The position numbers were made by a program, and so were the translations under genes. From positions 160,001 through 224,000 of the forward strand of contig CBDCXM010000002.1 in NCBI GenBank assembly GCA_965223855.1: DNA of 64,000 bases, given 5' to 3'. This DNA comes from Candidatus Multivoradales bacterium (GTDB lineage: Bacteria; Acidobacteriota; Thermoanaerobaculia; Multivoradales; JAHEKO01). A model generated the notes under the pieces. The model saw nothing but the letters and a program-made list of their open reading frames with translations, did not search any database and had not been told where the DNA came from. Of this stretch, positions 19,739 to 29,669 are shown piece by piece (within the stretch, counting starts at the first letter, position 1; the number at the start of each line of letters is the position of its first letter).

Positions 19739-21376
19739 TTGACAGCCATCCGCCCCATCACCGAAGTCGCTCGCGACCTCGGAATCGCCGACGATCACCT
19801 CGTCCCGTACGGTAGCGACAAGGCAAAGGTGCGTCTCGCCGCCCTCGAGGGCCGCCCTCAGGGACGACTCGTCCTAGTCTCGGCCATCACGCCGACGAGC
19901 GCAGGCGAGGGCAAGACGACGACCTCGATCGGCCTCGCGCAGGGGCTGGCGAAGATCGGAAAGAAGGTCTGCCTGGCTCTGCGCGAGCCGTCGCTCGGCC
20001 CGACCTTCGGCAAGAAGGGAGGCGCCACCGGCGGTGGCCGTTCGATCGTCGTCCCTACGGTCGACATCAACCTTCACTTCACCGGCGACTTTCACGCGAT
20101 CACGAGCGCCAACAACCTGCTGTCGGCGATTGTCGACAACCACATCTACCATCGCAAGGAGCCCGATCTCGACCCGCGGCGGGTGCTGTGGCGGCGAGTG
20201 ATCGACCTCAACGACCGGGCGCTGCGCCACACCGTGGTCGGCCTCGGCGGGAAGCTCCAGGGGGTACCGCGCGAGACCGGGTTCGACATCACCCCGGCTT
20301 CCGAGATCATGGCGATTCTCTGTCTGGCGCAGGACGAGGACGACCTGCGACGACGCCTCGGCAAGATTCTCGTCGGCTTCACCTACCAGGAGGAGCCGGT
20401 CCTTGCGCGAGATCTCGGTGCCGTCGGGGCGCTGATGGTGCTGCTGCGCGACGCGATCCTGCCCAACCTCGTGCAGTCGATCGAGGGAGTTCCGACGTTC
20501 ATCCACGGCGGGCCGTTCGCGAATATCGCCCACGGCTGCAACTCGGTGCTGGCTACGCGGATGGCGCTCGCACACTCCGACTGGGCGATCACGGAGGCTG
20601 GTTTCGGCTTCGACCTCGGAGCAGAGAAGTTCTTCGACATCAAGTGCCAGTCGGCCGGCCTCGAGACCGCCGCCGTCGTGCTGGTCGCTACGGTGAGAGC
20701 CCTCAAGCGCCACGGCGGCGTGCCGGCCAGACGTCTCGGAGAGGACAATCCTGACGCCGTCGCCAGGGGGCTGCCGAATCTTCACAAGCACGTGCAGAAC
20801 ATCCGCGCCTTCGGCCAGATCCCGGTCGTCGCTCTCAACCGGTTTCATACCGACAGCTCGGAGGAGATCTCGGCGGTCGAGAGCGCTTGTGCCGAGGCGG
20901 GGGTGCCGTTCGCCGTCTCGAACCACTTCGCCGAGGGTGGCGACGGCGCCACCGAGCTCGCCCGCACGCTGGTCGAGCATGCCGAGACTCAGTCGTCCCG
21001 CTTCACGCCGCTCTACGACTGGTCCGAGCCAGTGCGCGACAAGATCGACAAGGTCGCCCGCACCATGTACGGCGCCCGCGAGGTGGTGTACTCCAAGCTC
21101 GCGGACAAGGATCTGGCGCGGCTCGAGGATCTCGGCTACGGCGGCCTGCCGGTGTGCATCGCCAAGGCGCCCACGTCGCTCACCGACGACCCGCGCATCG
21201 CCGGTCGTCCCGAGGACTTCGCCGTCACCGTTCGTTCGTTCGAGCTCTCGGCGGGTGCCGGTTTCCTGATCCCCCTTCTCGGTGACGTCATGAGGATGCC
21301 AGGCCTGCCGCGTGAGCCGCAGGCCGAGTCGATGGATCTCGTCGATGGGGAGATTCAGGGTCTGATGGGAGCGTGA
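19739..21376 (+). CDS. fhs: Formate--tetrahydrofolate ligase
   Basis: TPTSAGEGKTT, LREPSLGP, KGGATGGG, NLHFTGD, HGGPFANIAHGCNS, GAEKFFDIKC, MRMPGLP; TTG start with AAAGGAG RBS. Confidence 0.97.
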   Translation: MTAIRPITEVARDLGIADDHLVPYGSDKAKVRLAALEGRPQGRLVLVSAITPTSAGEGKTTTSIGLAQGLAKIGKKVCLALREPSLGPTFGKKGGATGGGRSIVVPTVDINLHFTGDFHAITSANNLLSAIVDNHIYHRKEPDLDPRRVLWRRVIDLNDRALRHTVVGLGGKLQGVPRETGFDITPASEIMAILCLAQDEDDLRRRLGKILVGFTYQEEPVLARDLGAVGALMVLLRDAILPNLVQSIEGVPTFIHGGPFANIAHGCNSVLATRMALAHSDWAITEAGFGFDLGAEKFFDIKCQSAGLETAAVVLVATVRALKRHGGVPARRLGEDNPDAVARGLPNLHKHVQNIRAFGQIPVVALNRFHTDSSEEISAVESACAEAGVPFAVSNHFAEGGDGATELARTLVEHAETQSSRFTPLYDWSEPVRDKIDKVARTMYGAREVVYSKLADKDLARLEDLGYGGLPVCIAKAPTSLTDDPRIAGRPEDFAVTVRSFELSAGAGFLIPLLGDVMRMPGLPREPQAESMDLVDGEIQGLMGA

Positions 21377-22071
21377 GGCACCTTCGGGCGGCAAGGAGAC
21401 CTCGGCTGCGGCGCCGATCGGAGTCGGCCGGTGAGCAGCCGGTCGTGCTGCTCCACGGTCTCGCGCGGGGACGCTGGTCGATGGCGCGGATCGAGCGTCG
21501 GCTGCGGCGGGACGGATACGTCGTACACAACATCGGCTACCCGTCGAGGCCCCGCTCGCTCCATCATGCACTCGGGTCGGTCGAGGCGGAGCTCGACAAG
21601 CGCGACCTCGTCGGGTCGCGACCGCTGTACTGGGTCACCTACTCCCTCGGCGGCCTCCTGGCGCGCGCCTACATGGGGCGGCATCAGCGCAGTGGCGATC
21701 GGATGGTGATGCTCGCTCCGCCAAACCAGGGGACCGAGATCGTCGACGTCGTCGGCAGCTGGAAATTGTTCCGGGCGGCGTTCGGTGACCTGGCGGCCGA
21801 GCTCGGGACCGAGGAGGGGAGTCTGCCTCGCACCCTCGAGGTGCCCGATGCGGAGGTCGGCGTCATCGCCGGCAACCGGTGGGTCAACCCGCTCGGCCCG
21901 CTGATGTTCGAAGAGGATCACGACGGCACCGTGACCGTCGAAAGCACGAAGCTGCCCAACCTGCGCGACCATCTGGTGGTCCCGCACAGCCACACCTTCC
22001 TCATGGCGGCGTCGGACGTCGCGCGGCAGACCTCACACTTCCTGCGCCACGGCCTCTTCGAGAGATCCTGA
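21373..22071 (+). CDS. Alpha/beta hydrolase (lipase/esterase-like)
   Basis: VLLHGL, TYSLGG nucleophile elbow, LAPPNQG, HDGTV, HSHTFLM. Confidence 0.85.
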   Translation: MRHLRAARRPRLRRRSESAGEQPVVLLHGLARGRWSMARIERRLRRDGYVVHNIGYPSRPRSLHHALGSVEAELDKRDLVGSRPLYWVTYSLGGLLARAYMGRHQRSGDRMVMLAPPNQGTEIVDVVGSWKLFRAAFGDLAAELGTEEGSLPRTLEVPDAEVGVIAGNRWVNPLGPLMFEEDHDGTVTVESTKLPNLRDHLVVPHSHTFLMAASDVARQTSHFLRHGLFERS

Positions 22072-22094
22072 GGCCCGGCAAGTCCCGGGAGACC

Positions 22095-22604
22095 ATGGCA
22101 CCCGACGACGAGTTGGAAGAACTGCGAGACGCGCTCGCCGGGGTGACACCGCTCGACGGGGGGCCGCAGCGGGTTGAGAGGCGGCGTCCGCGAGGGAGGC
22201 GTGCCCACGCGCCTTCCCGATCGTCCAGCGCTCCTCGCATTGAAGTCGAGACGTGGGGGGAGTACCACCAGGGGCTGGCCGCGCGCGGAGACTCGCTCCA
22301 GCTGCGCAAGCTGGAGGCTGGTGAGTGGAAGGTCGATCGCGTGGTCGATCTTCATGGAGAGAGTGAGGAGTCCGCCCGTCTCGTGCTGCTCGAGGAGGTG
22401 CGACGGGCCCGCAGGGCGGGGCAGCGGGTGCTCAGGGTGGTCCATGGCCGGGGGCTTCGTTCTGCCGCCGGGCCGATTCTGCGGAATGCCGTTCGAGGCT
22501 GGCTGGGATCCCCGCCGCTGGCCGCCGAGATCGTCGCCTTCACCTCTGCCGGCCCGCTCGGCGCCGCCGGCGGGGCGACCGTGGTTCTGCTGAGACCCCG
22601 CTGA
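22095..22604 (+). CDS. Smr/MutS2 C-terminal domain endonuclease
   Basis: VDLHG, VVHGRGLRS, GGATVVLL. Confidence 0.88.
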   Translation: MAPDDELEELRDALAGVTPLDGGPQRVERRRPRGRRAHAPSRSSSAPRIEVETWGEYHQGLAARGDSLQLRKLEAGEWKVDRVVDLHGESEESARLVLLEEVRRARRAGQRVLRVVHGRGLRSAAGPILRNAVRGWLGSPPLAAEIVAFTSAGPLGAAGGATVVLLRPR

Positions 22605-22655
22605 CGTCCCGGCTGACGTCCCGGCTGCCGCCGGCCAGGCCCCGGGCGCGGCCGG

Positions 22656-23387
22656 TTATCGTGCCGCCGCTTCGAGAGTCCGTCGCAGCGCTCGTGCTTC
22701 GTGCTCGAGCGCTGTCGCAGCCCGGACTTCGAGTTTAGCCGCGGACTCGGTCTCTTTCTCGTCGCCCAGGCCGGCGTCCCGAAGCCGCCTCAGGTCGCGC
22801 AGGATGCGGTCGCGCAGGGACTCGGCGTCATCGACTCCGCGGAAGACCGCCTTGTGGAGGTCGTGCTGCTTGCCGTCCTTCTCGAGGTCGTTCTGGCCGC
22901 CGCCGCCCGCCGTGCGAATCTCGAGATCGGCGATGCCGAAGAAGCGCTGCAGCGGCCCCTGGCGCACGCTGACGTTCTGCACGTTGGCGAAGCTCACCGT
23001 CTGCTCGCGGATGCGGAAGATCCCTTCGCGCACCCGCAGGCTTCGATCGGTGACGGCGTACCAGCGCAACTCGTAGTCGAGGCGCCGGACGGCGTAGGAG
23101 AGGACGAGCTGGATCGCGAACAGCCCCAGGGCGAGCAGTTCGAGCCCGCGCACGTAGCGGCCGATCAGCGCGTCGAGCTGCTCCGGCAGCATCGAGCCGA
23201 AGAAGAGGCCGAAGACGATGCCCGCGAGAGCGCCGAGCTGGCGGAGCCCCCACTCGGTGAGCCGATAGCGGAAGTAGCCCGGCGCCGCTCGGAAGACCCT
23301 GGCCGACTCGGCACGGCCGGACGGGAGGTCGGGCGGCGGCGGCACGCGGTAGAGCCGCAGCAGCAGGGAGCGAAGGCGGTCGATCAA
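22656..23387 (-). CDS. Bacterial PH-domain (bPH_2) membrane protein
   Basis: TM helices, then VREGIF...VQNVSVRQGPLQRFFGIADLEIRTAGG. Confidence 0.85.
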   Translation of the reverse strand: MIDRLRSLLLRLYRVPPPPDLPSGRAESARVFRAAPGYFRYRLTEWGLRQLGALAGIVFGLFFGSMLPEQLDALIGRYVRGLELLALGLFAIQLVLSYAVRRLDYELRWYAVTDRSLRVREGIFRIREQTVSFANVQNVSVRQGPLQRFFGIADLEIRTAGGGGQNDLEKDGKQHDLHKAVFRGVDDAESLRDRILRDLRRLRDAGLGDEKETESAAKLEVRAATALEHEARALRRTLEAAAR

Positions 23388-23929
23388 GGTTCGAGCCCGA
23401 CCGTGTCGTCAGGCGCCGTGTCGTCAGGCGCCCGGCGCTCCTCCAGGAGACGCCGGATCGCCCGCAGCTCCTCCGTCGCCGCTTCGAGCGCCGCCGCCGT
23501 CGGGCTGTGCTCTTCCTCGTCGGCGAGGCCCCGCATTTTCGAGTAGAGGAAGTCGCGCACCTCCTCGAACTGCGGCAGTCCTTCGAGCGTCATCTCCGCC
23601 TTCGCGCTGGCGCTCGCAGTCTGGATCTGGATGCGCGCGAGGCCGAGCCAGCGCTCGACGGCGTTGCTGACGAGGTGGATGTCCTGGATCCTGGCGTAGG
23701 TGAGGTGGATCTCGCGACGGAACAGCACTCCCCAGCGCATCGAGACTCCCTCTTCGTCGAAGCCGTAGCGCAACGACCGGTACCGGAAGCGAAGGAAGAT
23801 GAGGAAAAGCCAGAAGAGCGGTCCCGCGACCAGCGAGAAGACGATGTAGTAGGTCCACAATGCCGGGTCGGGTCGCTCCAGGCCCCGCACCCGGGCCAGC
23901 GACGGGGTCGCCGGGCGCTCTGAGTTCAC
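23384..23929 (-). CDS. Bacterial PH-domain (bPH_2) membrane protein
   Basis: WGVLFRRE..LTYARIQDI.....ERWLGLARIQIQTAS. Confidence 0.85.
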   Translation of the reverse strand: MNSERPATPSLARVRGLERPDPALWTYYIVFSLVAGPLFWLFLIFLRFRYRSLRYGFDEEGVSMRWGVLFRREIHLTYARIQDIHLVSNAVERWLGLARIQIQTASASAKAEMTLEGLPQFEEVRDFLYSKMRGLADEEEHSPTAAALEAATEELRAIRRLLEERRAPDDTAPDDTVGLEP

Positions 23930-26900
23930 GGCCGGGTCTCTCCGTGCACCCAGCCGTGTTGCTCACCGAGCCGCCGCAGCCAGGTCGAGGTCGCCGGCGG
24001 CAACGTGTCGCCGCCCTCGAGCTCGAAGAAGAACGGTTCCCGGGTGGAGGTCCCGCTGCCGATCTGCGTCATCGTCGAAACGTCGTAGAGACGGCCGTTG
24101 ATCATCGTGTGCGTGACGTACTCGGAGCGCTTCAGGTCAACCAGCGGGTCGCCGTCGATGACGACCAGGTCGGCGAGCTTGCCCGGCTCGATCGACCCGA
24201 TGTCGCCGTCGAGACCGAGATACCAGGCGCCGTCGAGGGTGCCTCCACGCAGTGCCTCCCACGGCGACATTCCGCCTTGTTCCATCATCCACATCTCCCA
24301 GTGCGAGGCGAGCCCCTCCCGCTGGCCGTGGGCGCCGATCATCACGCCGACACCGCGATCCCGCAGCGCCTTGGCGAACCGGGCGACGTCGATGTGGTTG
24401 TAGTGGTCGTCCGGTGCCGTCTGGCGGCGGATCGCCCGCGGTTCGACAAGGAAGCGCGGAACGTAACGCAGCAGGCGCTCGTTCTTCCACACCTCGGTAC
24501 GGTCGTACCAGTAGAACTCACCCGACATGCCGCCGAAAGCGACACCGAACGTCGGCGAGTAACCGGTCCCGCTCTGCGACCACAGTTGCAGCACGTCTTC
24601 GTACCCGCGGGCGAGCGACAGCGAGTGCTCGATGCCGGTGTGCCCGTCGATGATCTCGGTCATGTTGTGCTGGAAGTTCATCCCCCCTTCCGGGACGACC
24701 ATCACTCCGAGCTCGCGCGCCGCGGCGAGGATCTGCTGGCGCTGATCGCGCCGCGGCTGCTGGTAGCTCTTGACGGTGAAGGCGCCGACGTCGTTGAGCC
24801 TCCGAACGTGGAACCGGGCGTCGTCGAGCGAGTCGACCTTGCTCGAGAAACCGGGAACTCTGGCGCCGTAGAGGATGGTGCCTGTCGAGAAGATCCGAGG
24901 CGCCAGGGTGAGGCCGGCGCGCTGCAGCTCGGCCGCCGAGAAGATGCTGGCGGTGTCGTTCGATGGGTCGTGGATCGTCGTCACGCCGAAGGCGAGATTC
25001 GAGTACTGAAGCCAGTTCTGCTGCGGCTGCAGGCCCGAGCGGGCCATCGCCCCGTGCGCGTGGACGTCGATGAAGCCGGGCACGATGGTGCGCCCGTCGA
25101 GCTCGACGACGGTCGCCTCTTCCGGCACGGCGACCTCCGCGGCCGGTCCGACGGTCGTGATCCGGTTCCCTTCCACGAGCACCACGCCGTTGTCGATGAC
25201 CTCCTGCTGACCGTCGCGAGCGCCGCGCATGGTGACGACGCGCGCACCTGTGAGGGCGAGCATGCCGGATGGCCGATCGGCATCGATCGCGAAGCCGAGG
25301 TCGAGGCCCTCCTCTGCCGGTTCCGGGAGCTCTTCCGGCGAGTCGGCGAAGAAGCCGAAGGCGTCGTTCAGCCGCCGCGAGTAGAGGGTCGCACCGTTGG
25401 CCCAGGAGAGCGTCGTTCCGTCCGCCGACCAGTGGAGGAACTCTCCCGAGCGGCCGGAGACCTTCGACACCGGCAGGCCCCCGCCGGAGCCGTCGAGCGA
25501 TAGGGCGCCGCCCGCCCGCGGGAACGCCGCCACGAACGCGTCGTACGACTGCCTGAAGCCGACCCAGCGGCCGTCCGGAGAGACCTCGAACTCGGTGATG
25601 CCCGTACCGCGGGCGTGGGTGAGCTCGTCGTGCCCCGAGAGGTTGACGCTCTTGAGAATCAACTCCTGGTCCTCGCCGTCTTCGGCGAAGTAGATCCGGT
25701 CCTCGCGGGCACCGAAATGCGGACGTGCGCCGCGATCGAGGATCCGCTCGGGCGCTGCGGATCCGTCGGCGGGCACCCGGTAGAGGCCCGGTTCGAGCGA
25801 CCAGAGGGGCGACAGCAGGTATCCACCGGTGATCTTGCGGAAGACCACGGTCTCGCCGTCGGGCGAGAAGGCCGGCTCGACGTAGTGACCCGGATTCTCG
25901 GTCAGAGTGCGACCTTCGCCGCCGCCGATCGGGACGACCCGCACGCTGCCGAGCCCCTGATCGCTCCAGGTCGTGTAGACGACCCGGCGGCCGTCGCGCG
26001 ACACCCGCGGGTGGAACTCCCAGTGATCGCTCTGGCGGGTCAGCCGCCGCCGCTCGCCGGAGGCGACTTCGTGGACCCAGAGATGTCCCAGCGCCTGGAA
26101 GACGACCCGGCTGCGGTCCGGCGTGTACTGCGCCCAGCGCAGCATCCGGATCTTCGCTTCGTCGGGAGCGACCTCCACCGGGACCCGCAGCGTCTCCTGC
26201 ATCCGGCGCTCGGTGGTAATCCGTACCGGGATCTCCGTCACCTGCCGCGACTCGACATCGATTCGGTGGTAGCCGCCACCCGACCAGAAGACGATGGCAC
26301 GGCTGTCGGGCGTCCAGGCGAAGGCGGGGTAGTTGCCCTGATTGCCGTTCGTCTCCTGGAGATCGCGCTCGAGACCGCGATGGATCGCCCACTCCTTGCC
26401 GCTCTCGAGATCCTTGAGGTAGAGCGCGCTCGTGAGGCCCGGGACCCGCTTCACGAAGGCGAGCCGGGTGCCGTCGGGCGACGGGGTCGGGCGGATGGCG
26501 CCGCCCGGACCGCTGGCGAAGGTGTCGCGCACTCCCGTCTCGAGATCGAGCCGCTGGACCACGAAGATCTGACCGGTCGAGTCCTTGTTGTACTGCCAGA
26601 CCCGGCCCGGCGTCGTGTCCTGGCTGTAGAAGAGGTACCGGCCATCGACGGAGAGCGAGGGTTCGGCGAGATTCTTCTGACTCTGCGGTCCGTGGGATCT
26701 CTCCACGAGCTGGACTCCGTCGCCGCCGGACGCGTGGTACAGCCAGATTTCGCCGCCCGGGATCGAGCGCGTTCCGACGATGCCCTTCTTGGCGACGATG
26801 TAGTCGCCGTCGGGGCTCCACCAGGGGTTGTAGATCAGATCCTCGCTCTCGCTGCTGACCTGGCGCGCGTCACTGCCGTCGGCCGCCATCACCCAGATGT

Positions 26901-27318
26901 TGTCGGCTCCGTCGCGGTCGGAGATGAACGCGATCTCCGTGCCGTCGGGGCTGTAGCGCCCCTGGATGTTCCATTCGATCCCTTCGGTCAGCGCGGACGC
27001 CATGCCGCCGGCGATCGGCACGGTGTAGAGGTCGCCGAGCATGTCGAACAGCAGCGTCTCGCCGTCGGGGCTCACATCGACGTTCGACCAGGTGGTCTCG
27101 GTCGTGTCGATGGTGACCGAGCGCCACTCGCCGGGAGGGTTCGAGACGTCCCAATCCTCCTCGGTCTGATCGTCGGGTGGCTCTACGGTGTCCGCGGTCT
27201 CGGCTCTCTCCTCGTCAGGGGAGGCAGCCGGGGCGGCCGCGAAGGCGGAGTCGAGGATCGCACCAAGGGGCACACAGAGAACGAGCGACAGCAGCGCTAC
27301 GGAGATTCGTGGACGCAT
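23926..27318 (-). CDS. Secreted amidohydrolase with N-terminal TolB/PD40-like beta-propeller repeats
   Basis: Multiple SPDG repeats, PGFIDVHAH, GVTTIHDPS, GIEH, GAHGQ, GSIEPGKLADLVV. Confidence 0.92.
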   Translation of the reverse strand: MRPRISVALLSLVLCVPLGAILDSAFAAAPAASPDEERAETADTVEPPDDQTEEDWDVSNPPGEWRSVTIDTTETTWSNVDVSPDGETLLFDMLGDLYTVPIAGGMASALTEGIEWNIQGRYSPDGTEIAFISDRDGADNIWVMAADGSDARQVSSESEDLIYNPWWSPDGDYIVAKKGIVGTRSIPGGEIWLYHASGGDGVQLVERSHGPQSQKNLAEPSLSVDGRYLFYSQDTTPGRVWQYNKDSTGQIFVVQRLDLETGVRDTFASGPGGAIRPTPSPDGTRLAFVKRVPGLTSALYLKDLESGKEWAIHRGLERDLQETNGNQGNYPAFAWTPDSRAIVFWSGGGYHRIDVESRQVTEIPVRITTERRMQETLRVPVEVAPDEAKIRMLRWAQYTPDRSRVVFQALGHLWVHEVASGERRRLTRQSDHWEFHPRVSRDGRRVVYTTWSDQGLGSVRVVPIGGGEGRTLTENPGHYVEPAFSPDGETVVFRKITGGYLLSPLWSLEPGLYRVPADGSAAPERILDRGARPHFGAREDRIYFAEDGEDQELILKSVNLSGHDELTHARGTGITEFEVSPDGRWVGFRQSYDAFVAAFPRAGGALSLDGSGGGLPVSKVSGRSGEFLHWSADGTTLSWANGATLYSRRLNDAFGFFADSPEELPEPAEEGLDLGFAIDADRPSGMLALTGARVVTMRGARDGQQEVIDNGVVLVEGNRITTVGPAAEVAVPEEATVVELDGRTIVPGFIDVHAHGAMARSGLQPQQNWLQYSNLAFGVTTIHDPSNDTASIFSAAELQRAGLTLAPRIFSTGTILYGARVPGFSSKVDSLDDARFHVRRLNDVGAFTVKSYQQPRRDQRQQILAAARELGVMVVPEGGMNFQHNMTEIIDGHTGIEHSLSLARGYEDVLQLWSQSGTGYSPTFGVAFGGMSGEFYWYDRTEVWKNERLLRYVPRFLVEPRAIRRQTAPDDHYNHIDVARFAKALRDRGVGVMIGAHGQREGLASHWEMWMMEQGGMSPWEALRGGTLDGAWYLGLDGDIGSIEPGKLADLVVIDGDPLVDLKRSEYVTHTMINGRLYDVSTMTQIGSGTSTREPFFFELEGGDTLPPATSTWLRRLGEQHGWVHGETRP

Positions 27319-27499
27319 GGGACCTCCCGGTTCGGGCGACGGACCGCCATCTGGATCGTGCGGCCGTCGACGAGGGTGAACCGGGATTCTACGCAAGGGC
27401 GGCCGGACGGACCGATGATCGGTCGTCCGGTTGAACTTCCCGCCTGTGTCCTGAGTGTCGGACGCCGGCCGAGTGCGTCACGGCGCTCGACGATCGGGA

Positions 27500-29554
27500 T
27501 CAGGAGTTGCCGTCGATGATGCGCGGGACCTGCCGGCAGTTGTAGCAGGCGAGCGCGAAGTCCTGATCGGTCGGGTCACCGTTGCCGGGGACGCCGTCCG
27601 AGTTGATGTTGGCGGCGGTGACACGCAGGGTCAGCGGCCGGCTGGGGCCGGGGGCTAGGAACACGCCTTCGGTGTTGTTGGCGCCGTCGGCGCTCCCGCC
27701 GGTCGTCGAGAGACCGTTCGAGGCGAAGTGGTTGCCGCGGAAGGTCGAACCGCCATCGATCACCGTCAGATCGAGGTCGTTGTTCCAGGCCGGCGTCGCT
27801 CCGCCGAGTCCGTGACCGGGAGCGTCGGTCCATACGAGCATGATGTCGACCGGTCGACCCGGGTCATCAGCCTCGATGGTCGTCTGCCATTGCTGGCCGG
27901 TCGCCTGCAGCAGCGCGCTCTGATCCCAGAGCAGCACGCCCTCCTGAGGGTCGAGGACTCGCTCGAGGTCCATCCGGCCCCATCCCTGACGGCTGTCGAA
28001 CGGGTGGCCGAGAGTGCCTCCGTCGGCGTCGTCGTGTCCCGCGAGGTCACGCGCCGCGGCCAGGAAGGTGGCCTTGACGAGGGCCGGGCTCGGGTCCGCG
28101 CCGTCGTAATGTCCGCGATGGCGTTCGATGAAGAGCGCCACCGCTCCGGAAACCTGGGGCGACGCCATGCTCGTGCCACACAGCAGTCCGTAGCTGTTGG
28201 TCGGATAGGTGGCATCGACCCGGCACCCCGGCGCGACGAGATCCGGGAGGTGCCTGCCGTCGAGCGCCGGCCCGTGCGCCGAGTTGGCGGAGAGATCGTC
28301 GATGTTCGGATCCTGCGCGCCGCTCGAGTACTGCATCTTCGTCGAGCCGACACCGAAGAGGTTTTTCGCCTCGTCGGGAGTTCCCTGCGTGCTGGTGCCT
28401 CCGTTGCCGTTCATGATCGACAACACGTAGGTGAACTGCTGGTTCCCGGCGACCGTGTTGTCGGCGTCGCGGACTCCGATGTCCACCTGCATGGTGTGGT
28501 TGTCGTAGCCACGCGGCGAACCGGCCGGGCCCCAGCTGTTGCCCGACAGCAGCGCGCCGTTCTGCCACGACTGACGCATCAGTTTGAGCATGCCTCCGGC
28601 CTGGGTGTAGTGACCGCTGTAGCGCTGTTCGATCAGATTCGCCCCGGGCGCGACCCCGAGGCCACGCAGGAAGCCGCTCGAGTCGGTGACCCCGCTCGTG
28701 CCGTCACCCGCCATGATGCCGGCGGTATGGGTGCCGTGGCCGCTGCTCGTCGTGCTGCAGGTGTCGCCGACGCATGGCAGGAAACGATTCACGAGGTCCG
28801 GGTGCGAGTCCTGCACGCCGCCGTCGACGTTGGCGATCGTCACACCGCTGCCGTCGAGGCCGACCGAGGTCAGCCAGTTCCAGTAGCCGGCGAAGGCGAA
28901 GTTGGAGCCGTTGACGTTGTTGACGTTGACCTGGCTGCTCATCTCCGAGCGCAGCCCGCCGTCGGTCGGCGTCGGCTGGATGGTGTAGGTGCCGCTAAGG
29001 CTCGCCGCCTCCGACAGCAGGTCCGGTCTCAGCTCGAAGCGCACCTCGAGGAAGCGATCATCGATCCACGCGCTGTCGAGAATCCTCGCGCCCAGCTTGT
29101 GGAGCGCCTCGATCGTCAGGTCGAGGCGATCGTGCCGATAGAAGAGCCCGTGATACGACTGCACTCCGTCACCGCCACGCCAGCGGGGGAGTACGCGAAA
29201 GTCGGGGTAGAAGGGCCCGCTCCAGCGGATCCGCTCGGAGTGCCGGCGTGCCGACTCGACGGCGCTCGCGTCTCCCCAGACAATGTAGCTGAACGGATGG
29301 ATGTACTGGACGATCTCCAGCCTGTTGCGCAGCAGATCCTCCCGGGAGGCGTCGTCGATCGGCCCCAGGAACTGAACGAGGTGGAGGTCCGCGCCGGGCG
29401 AGGTCCGGAACCAGGAATCCGACAGGGGCTCGCCGGCGGGCGGTCCGGCGAGAGGGTCGAACGATCGATCGCCCAGGTGGAGGGTGTAGTCGTCCGCCGA
29501 GACGGCGACGACCGCCAGGAAAGCGAGGAGGCAGAGAATGGCGTGACGTTTCAT
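27500..29554 (-). CDS. S8 subtilisin-like serine peptidase, secreted
   Basis: Catalytic D (NVDGG), H (HGTHTAG), S (GTSMASP); signal peptide; C-terminal WTDAPG/NDLDL domain. Confidence 0.92.
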   Translation of the reverse strand: MKRHAILCLLAFLAVVAVSADDYTLHLGDRSFDPLAGPPAGEPLSDSWFRTSPGADLHLVQFLGPIDDASREDLLRNRLEIVQYIHPFSYIVWGDASAVESARRHSERIRWSGPFYPDFRVLPRWRGGDGVQSYHGLFYRHDRLDLTIEALHKLGARILDSAWIDDRFLEVRFELRPDLLSEAASLSGTYTIQPTPTDGGLRSEMSSQVNVNNVNGSNFAFAGYWNWLTSVGLDGSGVTIANVDGGVQDSHPDLVNRFLPCVGDTCSTTSSGHGTHTAGIMAGDGTSGVTDSSGFLRGLGVAPGANLIEQRYSGHYTQAGGMLKLMRQSWQNGALLSGNSWGPAGSPRGYDNHTMQVDIGVRDADNTVAGNQQFTYVLSIMNGNGGTSTQGTPDEAKNLFGVGSTKMQYSSGAQDPNIDDLSANSAHGPALDGRHLPDLVAPGCRVDATYPTNSYGLLCGTSMASPQVSGAVALFIERHRGHYDGADPSPALVKATFLAAARDLAGHDDADGGTLGHPFDSRQGWGRMDLERVLDPQEGVLLWDQSALLQATGQQWQTTIEADDPGRPVDIMLVWTDAPGHGLGGATPAWNNDLDLTVIDGGSTFRGNHFASNGLSTTGGSADGANNTEGVFLAPGPSRPLTLRVTAANINSDGVPGNGDPTDQDFALACYNCRQVPRIIDGNS

Positions 29555-29669
29555 GGGACCCCCGAAAGCACGGAACGGCAGACGGCCACCGGAACACCGA
29601 TGGAGCGAGCGCCCGAGAGGCGCCGGAATTATAGCGCAGCGAGCGACAATAAACGTCGCAATCGGTCGA

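Noticed and set aside
22601-22628. Short tandem repeats (GCTGACGTCCCG x2; also CCGTGTCGTCAGGCG x2 at 23401-23430)
   Set aside because: Two-copy slippage duplications with no associated system
28173-28181. GTGCCACAC core inside the S8 peptidase gene
   Set aside because: Only 9 nt match, flanks differ, and it encodes LCGT next to the conserved catalytic Ser motif; likely chance
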